Positions 27,708 to 35,131 of a DNA stretch of 64,000 nucleotides are shown here, one piece after another. The stretch is from an uncultured Calditrichota bacterium (lineage in GTDB: Bacteria; Calditrichota; Calditrichia; Calditrichales; CAYPHA01), in assembly GCA_964410215.1 (NCBI GenBank), contig CAYPHA010000012.1:6308-70307 (forward strand), in the 5' to 3' direction. A model generated the notes under the pieces. That model searched no databases, was not told where the DNA came from, and saw nothing but the letters and a program-made list of their open reading frames with translations. How positions within the stretch are numbered: position 1 is the stretch's first letter; each line of letters opens with the position of its first letter. Position numbers and translations under genes: made by a program.

Positions 27708-28608
27708 ACGGTTTAAATTTTTCTCCGAGTTTGTTTTTCATGTGTTCATTATATTTTTCCAGATAAGAGGGTTTTTCGATATCGATGAATTTTCCGACTT
27801 TTATCTCGGTCTGGAATTGTATGTCAACATCACGCGGGTCGGCCCCGTTTACAATAACAGAATTATCGTGATAAAATTTCATAAGGTCCAGGCCGGTGCC
27901 AAGCTTATTTCTGCGGGCGTAAAGTGTCGTGCACGGACAGATTACTTCGACGAAGGAAAAGCCTTTTTTGTGTAAGGCTTCCGTAATGGAATTGGTGAGT
28001 CGGCGAACGTGTAATGCCGTCCATCGTGCGACATAAACCGCACCGCATGAAGCGGTGAGCGCAGGAAGGTTAAAGGGGGATTCGTAATTGCCATAGGGCG
28101 TTGTTGTCGCTATGGCCGTGGGGGGCGTCGTAGGGGCAACCTGGCCGCCTGTCATGGCATAAATAAAATTGTTGATGCAAATAACTGTCAGATCAATATT
28201 ACGCCTCGCCGTATGAATCAGGTGATTGCCTCCAATGGCCGATAGGTCGCCATCCCCGCTGATAACAACCACTTTCAGCTTCGGATTAGCGAGTTTAAGA
28301 CCAACGGCGAAAGGAATGGCTCTCCCGTGTGTAGTATGAAACGAGTCCTGTTTAATATAACCGGCAACTCTGCCGCTGCATCCGATTCCGGAAACGACAC
28401 AGATATCTTTCCGCTCCAGGGAAGATTTTTTAACGGCTTCGATGAAGCAGGTGACCACCGTACCTATACCGCATGTGGAGCACCATATGTGTGGAATTCG
28501 GTCCATGCGCAACCAGGGTTCAAGGGGGTGTTCGACTGTCCCGGGAGACGGGGACCGTTTGACGGTGCGCGTGGAATGTTTTATTTCATCCAGCCCGGCT
28601 GTTTTCAT
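27685..28608 (-). CDS. 2-oxoacid:ferredoxin oxidoreductase beta subunit, TPP-binding (set 1)
   Basis: WCSTCGIG, GIGCSGR and GDGDLSAIGGNHLIHTARRN TPP motifs. N- and C-terminal extensions relative to set 2. Confidence 0.85.
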   Translation of the reverse strand: MKTAGLDEIKHSTRTVKRSPSPGTVEHPLEPWLRMDRIPHIWCSTCGIGTVVTCFIEAVKKSSLERKDICVVSGIGCSGRVAGYIKQDSFHTTHGRAIPFAVGLKLANPKLKVVVISGDGDLSAIGGNHLIHTARRNIDLTVICINNFIYAMTGGQVAPTTPPTAIATTTPYGNYESPFNLPALTASCGAVYVARWTALHVRRLTNSITEALHKKGFSFVEVICPCTTLYARRNKLGTGLDLMKFYHDNSVIVNGADPRDVDIQFQTEIKVGKFIDIEKPSYLEKYNEHMKNKLGEKFKPYGVENHE

Positions 28609-29765
28609 TGAAATACCTCCTGAATCGCTTTAAAAATATCTTCCGGATTGTGAACCGTACCACCCCCGTGTGGTACCAGAATGGTTTTACATTTACCTGC
28701 CGCGCACCGTTCTACTTCAAGCGCGATTTGACCATAGTTCATTTCAGGTACGACAAAGGCTTTCACTTTTTCTGCTAATGTTCTGATTTGTTCTTCAGGA
28801 AATGGCCATACGGACAGCAATCGGATCCTCCCGATTTTCTTTATCCCTGCTTCATGGGCCAGCTGAATACCGCGAAGAGCCACCCGGGAGGTAATGCCGT
28901 AGGAAATGACCACAACATCAGCATCCGCGATATTGTCCTCTTCCAGCAGGTATATGTTATCGGAATTTTTTCGTATTTTATCCACGATCCGTCTGACAAG
29001 TTTTTCCTGTGCGACCCAGTTCATCACCGGGTATCCTTTTTCATCATGTGTCAGTCCTGTAACATGAAAGAAATAACCGTCACCTGCTTTAACCATGTCA
29101 GGTACCAGGTTTTCCCCGGTCTCATACGGGAGATAGTCATCCGGTTCCTTCTCAGTAAATGTACGTACGACGATATCGATATCTTCAGCAGGAGGGATAA
29201 TTACTTTTTCCGTCATATGCCCGACACACTCGTCCATCATTACAAAAACAGGCACACGATACTGTTCGGAAAGGTTAAATGCCTTGATAGTCAGGTCAAA
29301 ACACTCCTGGGGAGAATTCGGGCAGAGAGCGATGATTTCATAGTCTCCGTGTGACCCCCACCTGGCCTGCATGATATCAGCCTGGCCCGGGAGCGTTGGC
29401 AGACCGGTAGATGGTCCTCCTCTCTGTACATTAACCACGACACAGGGCGTTTCGAGCATGGCAGCCAGACCAATGTTTTCCATCATAAGTGAAAAGCCGG
29501 GCCCGGACGTTACGGTCATGGATTTTACGCCTGTCCAGGAACCACCAACCACAGCCGCCATCGATGCCAGTTCATCCTCCATTTGTATAAACATACCGCC
29601 GATAGATGGAAACCGTTCGGCAACGCGTTCGGCCACTTCTGTGGATGGTGTGATCGGATATCCGGCAAAAAAACGGCACCCGGCCGCAAGTGCGCCCTCT
29701 GCGCATGCCTTATCCCCGTCGAGATAATGCATCCCCGTAAGTACACCGGCAGGATCAGTTTTCAT
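28605..29765 (-). CDS. 2-oxoacid:ferredoxin oxidoreductase alpha subunit (set 1)
   Basis: FFAGYPITPSTE, TSGPGFSLMMEN and RGGPSTGLPT motifs. ATGA overlap with beta. Confidence 0.85.
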   Translation of the reverse strand: MKTDPAGVLTGMHYLDGDKACAEGALAAGCRFFAGYPITPSTEVAERVAERFPSIGGMFIQMEDELASMAAVVGGSWTGVKSMTVTSGPGFSLMMENIGLAAMLETPCVVVNVQRGGPSTGLPTLPGQADIMQARWGSHGDYEIIALCPNSPQECFDLTIKAFNLSEQYRVPVFVMMDECVGHMTEKVIIPPAEDIDIVVRTFTEKEPDDYLPYETGENLVPDMVKAGDGYFFHVTGLTHDEKGYPVMNWVAQEKLVRRIVDKIRKNSDNIYLLEEDNIADADVVVISYGITSRVALRGIQLAHEAGIKKIGRIRLLSVWPFPEEQIRTLAEKVKAFVVPEMNYGQIALEVERCAAGKCKTILVPHGGGTVHNPEDIFKAIQEVFQ

Positions 29766-30054
29766 GGACCTCCTCCTCTTTTAAAACACAAAAAATGGCG
29801 AATTCAGGACACAGCATTTCGCATAACTGGCAGTGAACGCAGGCTTGAGCATCGGTGACGACAGGTGGGTGATATCCTTTTGTATTAAACTCCTGAGAGA
29901 GCTCCAGGATATCTTTTGGGCAATACGCAACGCAGAATCCACATCCTTTACAGCGCTCGCGTAGTATATGCACTTCACCCTGAGGAACCTTGACGCGGTT
30001 AATATCCAAAGGTGTACGCCAATATCTCATGAGATACCTCGATATTTGGTACAA
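29755..30054 (-). CDS. 2-oxoacid:ferredoxin oxidoreductase delta subunit (2x[4Fe-4S] ferredoxin, set 1)
   Basis: CKGCGFCVAYCP and CVHCQLCEMLCP motifs. The ATG at 30030 (MRYWRTPL) has a GAGG RBS and may be the true start. Confidence 0.8.
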   Translation of the reverse strand: MYQISRYLMRYWRTPLDINRVKVPQGEVHILRERCKGCGFCVAYCPKDILELSQEFNTKGYHPPVVTDAQACVHCQLCEMLCPEFAIFCVLKEEEVHEN

Positions 30055-30405
30055 CAGAATAGCCAGAACAATGTTCTAATGAACGATCGTCGGATTAAAA
30101 TTCTGATTCTGATTGAGAATGCTTGGTCAAAATAAAAGGTGCAGGTGGTTCTGTGATAGTTGGTATTATAATACGATTCAATGAAATAATTAGAGTGGGA
30201 ACAGGTTTAATCGTTTTTTCCGAACGTATAACCATCATAATTACGGATCGCAATCTAATAGTTTTATCGGACAAAAAGAGAAGTCACTGATAAAAATTTA
30301 TGACACTTACCAATTATTGTCAATAAAATTCTCGGTTTGTGACTTCGCGCCCGGAATGTCTTTCACTAAAATAAGGAATTAACTGTATCCTCCATTGATG
30401 GTAAA

Positions 30406-30421
30406 GTCAAGAACTGTGCCA
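30406..30421 (-). promoter_or_regulatory. weak candidate sigma-54 (-24/-12) element facing the OFOR-Hdr operon
   Basis: Minus strand reads TGGCACAGTTCTTGAC (TGGCAC-N5-TTGA). It lies about 350-390 nt upstream of the delta-subunit start. Confidence 0.25.
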
Positions 30422-30567
30422 GCGGCGTGTGTTTTGAATAAAAATTCTTAACATGCTGTTATTGTGCAAGTTAACTTTTAAATATCCGGGGAAATCCATA
30501 TCATCCATGATGATATATTCTTAATTCTAAAAGAATACCGGGTTCAGGTCTCAATTATTGGAATTCA

Positions 30568-30589
30568 ACAGCCGGGGCTGTTTTTTTTA
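30568..30589 (+). terminator. orphan intrinsic terminator inside the 0.7-kb spacer
   Basis: ACAGC-CGGG-GCTGT stem-loop followed by T8. No annotated plus-strand ORF lies upstream of it. Confidence 0.45.
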
Positions 30590-30608
30590 CGATAGTGGTT
30601 GTAATTGC

Positions 30609-30638
30609 TTGAACATCGGTGATGATTTAGTGTATATT
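30609..30638 (+). promoter_or_regulatory. candidate sigma-70-type promoter for the GNAT gene
   Basis: TTGAAC-18 nt-TATATT, about 130 nt upstream of the ATG at 30771. Confidence 0.3.
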
Positions 30639-30761
30639 ACCGGTAGATTTTCTCCTGTTTACCTGGAATCTAAAACACTTACCTTCCCGCATCGTGCTGA
30701 ACTATGAATAAAACCGGTATCCGAATGACCTTTAAAGATTACACGTATTATCTAATCGGAG

Positions 30762-31361
30762 GTGTTCGACATGCCCGAAACTTTTCCAAAAGAAGCAAAA
30801 CTCAAAAATGATGAAAAGGTTGTCTTAAAGTTGCTGGAAACGCAAGACCTCAAGCTTCTGGTCGATTTTTTTCAACATATACCCTTAGAGGACCGGATGT
30901 ATTTGAGGAATGATGTCGTTCGGCCGGATTATGTGATGCGCCGGTTCGGAGAAATCAATTATGATCTGAAATACCCGGTTCTGGCTTTAAAAAAGGATAA
31001 GATTATCGGTATAGGTACGCTATTCAGGGCTGAATTCGGCTGGGAGCGTCATCTCGGCGAGTTAAGATGTGTCGTCAGAAAGGAGTACCAGCGAATAGGT
31101 TTATGTACCATCCTGGTGCGTGAATTGTTTTTAAGGGCATTGAAAACAGACCTGTACAAAATACAGGCTGAAATTATGGAAGAACAGAAGTCGGCCCTTG
31201 CCGCCTTTAAACGAATGGGATTTCATCAGGAAGCCGTTCTCGATAAACATGTTACGGATATAAATGGCATTCGCCGCAATCTTGTTATAATGAGCCTGGA
31301 TATTCAGGAGCTCTGGTCGATTATGGAGGATTATGTTCCGGACAGTATTTTTGTTACCTGA
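30762..31361 (+). CDS. GNAT-family N-acetyltransferase
   Basis: Acetyl-CoA motif A region LRCVVRKEYQRIGLCTILVRELF and GNAT fold length. The likely start is the ATG at 30771, 8 nt after GGAGG. Confidence 0.7.
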   Translation: MFDMPETFPKEAKLKNDEKVVLKLLETQDLKLLVDFFQHIPLEDRMYLRNDVVRPDYVMRRFGEINYDLKYPVLALKKDKIIGIGTLFRAEFGWERHLGELRCVVRKEYQRIGLCTILVRELFLRALKTDLYKIQAEIMEEQKSALAAFKRMGFHQEAVLDKHVTDINGIRRNLVIMSLDIQELWSIMEDYVPDSIFVT

Positions 31362-31407
31362 AGGCATGCTTTAAAGCCATTGCGGCGTATCGTGCCGGAG
31401 GAAAATC

Positions 31408-32181
31408 ATGTTTACCGAAATCCGAAAGCCAAAATTATTAAAACATATGCCCATGCTGATTATCCGTTCATTGCCGGCGGTGTATTATTATTATCGCTAT
31501 ATAAACAGACAGGGACCGGAACAGCGGGCAAGGAAACTTCAACAAACAAACCTCCTGTATCTCAATGCACTTTTAAAGAAAATCGGTCAGGATTTGGTTA
31601 ATGCTGATTTTCTGAACCTGTCAGATGAAATGAAACCGTTCATTGGGCCACATTCCAGGACCGAAGCTGCAGATTTTACACACTACGTTGAGCGGCTTTC
31701 TCTGTATTGTGAAAAGAACGCAGCGAATCTCCGGAAATATACCAGGGAAAACAGGGACGTTCTGCGTGATTTATATCGCGGGATGGTAAAAATTCTATCT
31801 ATACTGATTCTTGACAATAGCGGTGAACCGAAGCATGCCGGTATTATTGCGAATAATTTACAGCATTTTTGTCATTATAACTGCGAAACACTTTCCACAG
31901 ATTCACCACAAATGGTAGACCGGGTTTCTGCCAGTGATTTTGTTTTATTGGGCTCTACCATTTCGACACGTATTCATGAGGATGTAAAAATACTGCAATC
32001 ATATAAAAAACCCGGATTGGCCATCACCCATTTAGATAAAAAAAGTGACAAAAATACACAGGCCGTCCGCCACGGATCACAACTGCATAAAACCGGATTC
32101 CCGGTTTTATTTAAACTTTTTTCGCCATTACGCCTGTTTACATCGATAGACAAGGAATATATGCGTTTTCATCTTTGCTGA
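31408..32181 (+). CDS. hypothetical protein (no recognisable family)
   Basis: Strong GGAGG RBS 6 nt upstream of the ATG. 257 aa. No motifs I can place. Confidence 0.55.
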   Translation: MFTEIRKPKLLKHMPMLIIRSLPAVYYYYRYINRQGPEQRARKLQQTNLLYLNALLKKIGQDLVNADFLNLSDEMKPFIGPHSRTEAADFTHYVERLSLYCEKNAANLRKYTRENRDVLRDLYRGMVKILSILILDNSGEPKHAGIIANNLQHFCHYNCETLSTDSPQMVDRVSASDFVLLGSTISTRIHEDVKILQSYKKPGLAITHLDKKSDKNTQAVRHGSQLHKTGFPVLFKLFSPLRLFTSIDKEYMRFHLC

Positions 32182-32268
32182 TTATTCCTGCGTTTTTGAC
32201 TGTATCCGCCTTCACTTTTACCTGAATGACATACCCTTTTTCTCTGTTTTTCATACACATACTAATCG

Positions 32269-32297
32269 TTGCAAAGTAATGAAGTATTTGCTAAATT
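32269..32297 (+). promoter_or_regulatory. candidate promoter of the second OFOR operon
   Basis: TTGCAA-17 nt-TAAATT(TG). Shares the 13-mer ATTTGCTAAATTT with the site at 62483-62495. Confidence 0.35.
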
Positions 32298-32322
32298 TGA
32301 CGAATACCATTATTGAACTAAT

Positions 32323-32562
32323 ATGATCAGAGGAAAAAATATGAGTAATCTGACACAAATTGAAATAAATGAATCCTGGTGCAAGGGATGTGAAATATGC
32401 GTTGAAGTTTGTCCGAAAGATGTTCTTAAAATGGAAAATTTTGTGGCAAAAGTTGACAATCTGGACAACTGCATTGAGTGCATGCTCTGCGAAGTATTAT
32501 GTCCTGATTTCGCCATTGTCGTCCACACATCCAAAGAAAAGAAAAAAAATATTTCCCGATAA
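32323..32562 (+). CDS. 2-oxoacid:ferredoxin oxidoreductase delta subunit (set 2)
   Basis: CKGCEICVEVCP and CIECMLCEVLCP motifs. The probable start is the ATG at 32341 (MSNLTQ) after GAGGAAAAAAT. Confidence 0.8.
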   Translation: MIRGKNMSNLTQIEINESWCKGCEICVEVCPKDVLKMENFVAKVDNLDNCIECMLCEVLCPDFAIVVHTSKEKKKNISR

Positions 32563-32573
32563 GGAGTAATGCA

Positions 32574-33707
32574 TTGGAACCAAGAACCTTGATGATGCAG
32601 GGCAATGTTGCGGTCGCGGAAGGTGCTATCGACGCCGGATGCCGGTTTTACGCCGGTTACCCGATCACACCATCCTCTGAAATTGCAGAACACCTCAGTA
32701 AACGACTGCCGCGGATTGGTGGCAAATTTATCCAGATGGAAGATGAAATATCAGCGATGGGTGCTGTCATCGGCGCTTCACTTGGTGGCGTAAAATCACT
32801 GACGGCCACCAGCGGACCGGGGTTTTCCCTGAAACAGGAAAATATCGGCTATGCCTGTATTACGGAAGTTCCGGTTGTCATAATTAATGTGATGCGGGGC
32901 GGTCCGAGTACCGGGTTGCCGACACTGCCTTCACAGGGCGATGTGATGCAGGCCCGCTGGGGTACGCATGGAGATCATCCCATTATCGCTTTGACGCCCT
33001 CCGGCGTTCGTGAAACGTATGATATGACGGTTAAAGCCTTCAATATGTCGGAAAAGTACCGTGTTCCGGTAATCATTTTGCTGGATGAAATTATCGGGCA
33101 TGTTCATGAAAAAGTAACCTTGCCGGATCCTTCGGAACTGGAAATTTTTAACCGAAAAAAACCCAGCGTACCTCCAGAAGAATACCTGCCATACCGCATC
33201 GATGAATCGATGATTCCGGAAATGGCCAATTTTGGCGAAGGGTACCGCTATCATGTTACGGGTTTGGTACATGATGAAACCGGATTTCCGACAAACGAAA
33301 CCGTCAAAATAGAAGGGATGCTGGAACGCCTGAACAGTAAGCTGGACAAATATAAAGACGAAATACTCGATGTGGAAGAAGTTAACACGGAGGATGCGGA
33401 AGTGGGTATTGTCGCGTATGGATCCAGTGCCCGTTCTGCCAAGCAGGCCTTGTCAAAGGCCCGGGAAGAGGGCATACCTGCAGGTATGATTCGCATTAAG
33501 ACCCTCTGGCCTTTTCCGACGGAAATGATTTATGAGTTTGCACGGAAGGTACGCCATATCGTTGTGCCGGAATTAAATCTCGGGCAGATCGCCCATGAAG
33601 TGGAACACGCGGTCAGGGGGCAGACTACAATATGCCGTGTCAATAAAATTTCGGGAGATCCCATTCATCCTGATGAAATTCTGAACAAACTGAAGGAGTG
33701 TCGTTAA
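32574..33707 (+). CDS. 2-oxoacid:ferredoxin oxidoreductase alpha subunit (set 2)
   Basis: FYAGYPITPSSE, TSGPGFSLKQEN and RGGPSTGLPT motifs. By eye roughly 60 percent identical to set 1 alpha over the N-terminal half. Confidence 0.85.
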   Translation: MEPRTLMMQGNVAVAEGAIDAGCRFYAGYPITPSSEIAEHLSKRLPRIGGKFIQMEDEISAMGAVIGASLGGVKSLTATSGPGFSLKQENIGYACITEVPVVIINVMRGGPSTGLPTLPSQGDVMQARWGTHGDHPIIALTPSGVRETYDMTVKAFNMSEKYRVPVIILLDEIIGHVHEKVTLPDPSELEIFNRKKPSVPPEEYLPYRIDESMIPEMANFGEGYRYHVTGLVHDETGFPTNETVKIEGMLERLNSKLDKYKDEILDVEEVNTEDAEVGIVAYGSSARSAKQALSKAREEGIPAGMIRIKTLWPFPTEMIYEFARKVRHIVVPELNLGQIAHEVEHAVRGQTTICRVNKISGDPIHPDEILNKLKECR

Positions 33708-33710
33708 ATC

Positions 33711-34520
33711 ATGGATTATATGTACTATCTTAGAAAAGATAAATTTCCGCATATCTGGTGCGCGGGATGCGGCGATGGGATTGTATTGAAGGCGATATTG
33801 AGAGCGATTAATGACCTCGGATGGGAAAAGGATAATATTGCCATGGTTTCCGGCATCGGGTGCTCGAGCAGAACACCGGGATATGTCGATTTTAATACAC
33901 TCCATACGACACACGGGCGGGCTATTCCCTTTGCTACAGGTCTGAAAATGGCCCGGCCCGATCTGAACGTCATCGTTGTCACCGGCGACGGGGATGCGAC
34001 GGCTATCGGTGGAAATCACCTGATTCATGCCGCCAGAAGAAATATCAACCTGAATGTCGTTCTGTATAATAATAATATCTACGGCATGACCGGAGGGCAG
34101 GTGTCGCCCACCACACCCATCGGTGATTTTGCCACGACCGCTCCATTCGGGGGGATAGAAAACACGTTTAATATCTCTGAATTAACCATAGCAGCAGGGG
34201 CTTCCTATGTTGCGCGCTGTACGGCGTATCATGCCAATATTTTAATGAAACTGCTTGAAAAAGGCTTCAGGAAAAACGGCTTTTCTCTTGTTGAAGTCAT
34301 GTCACCCTGTCCCACCGCGTATGGAAAAATTAATAAAAAGGGCAGCCCGATGGATATGATAATAAATCAGAAACATCAGGCTGTGCGTATTGAACAGGCA
34401 AAAAAAATGTCTCCGGAAGAGTTGCAGAACAGAGTCGTGATCGGTACGCTGATGGATCGCGAGCTTCCGGAATATGTGAACACCTACGAGAAAGTTATTT
34501 CACAGGCACAACGAAGTTAA
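33711..34520 (+). CDS. 2-oxoacid:ferredoxin oxidoreductase beta subunit (set 2)
   Basis: WCAGCGDG, GIGCSSR and GDGDATAIGGNHLIHAARRN motifs. Confidence 0.85.
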   Translation: MDYMYYLRKDKFPHIWCAGCGDGIVLKAILRAINDLGWEKDNIAMVSGIGCSSRTPGYVDFNTLHTTHGRAIPFATGLKMARPDLNVIVVTGDGDATAIGGNHLIHAARRNINLNVVLYNNNIYGMTGGQVSPTTPIGDFATTAPFGGIENTFNISELTIAAGASYVARCTAYHANILMKLLEKGFRKNGFSLVEVMSPCPTAYGKINKKGSPMDMIINQKHQAVRIEQAKKMSPEELQNRVVIGTLMDRELPEYVNTYEKVISQAQRS

Positions 34521-34534
34521 GAAGGAATTGAAAA

Positions 34535-35071
34535 ATGAGCTTTCGCTATGAAATCCGACTCAGTGGCGCAGGGGGACAGGGATTAATCCTTGTCGGCAAA
34601 ATCCTGGCAGAAGCAGCCGCTATATACGATGGAAATAATGCAACCCAGAGTCAATCTTACGGACCTGAAGCCCGGGGTGGCGCGAGTCGCTCAGAAGTCA
34701 TCATCAGTGACGGGGATATCGATTATCCAAAAGCATCTCATATTAACCTGCTTCTTGCCATGACCCAGGAAGCCGTGGATAAATATGCCGGCGATGTTAT
34801 TCAGGATGGTATCATTGTGGCAGATTCCAATTACGTGAAGGATGCCCCGGAAGGGGATTTTAAATTTTACAGTTATCCCATTACCGAAGTAGCTGAAAAA
34901 AAAGTGGGGAAAAAAATCGTGGCCAATATAGTTGCATTGGGTATTATTGAACGGCTTTCAAATATTGTTTCGGAACCGGCTTTGATCAATGCCATACGTG
35001 CCCGGATTCCCAAAGGAACCGAGGAAATGAATATCAGCGCTTTTAAAATCGGTCAGGAACTGGTGAAATAA
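34535..35071 (+). CDS. 2-oxoacid:ferredoxin oxidoreductase gamma subunit (set 2)
   Basis: IRLSGAGGQGLILVG and YGPEARGG motifs. Confidence 0.85.
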   Translation: MSFRYEIRLSGAGGQGLILVGKILAEAAAIYDGNNATQSQSYGPEARGGASRSEVIISDGDIDYPKASHINLLLAMTQEAVDKYAGDVIQDGIIVADSNYVKDAPEGDFKFYSYPITEVAEKKVGKKIVANIVALGIIERLSNIVSEPALINAIRARIPKGTEEMNISAFKIGQELVK

Positions 35072-35131
35072 ACCTGTCAGCCAGTTCCAGATCTTCCTCA
35101 TTCATGACACAATATCCGGAGCCCCGGTTGT

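Noticed and set aside
31380-31601. 73-aa plus-strand ORF overlapping the start of the 257-aa gene.
   Set aside because: It is out of frame with, and almost wholly inside, the ORF that has the strong GGAGG-ATG start at 31408.
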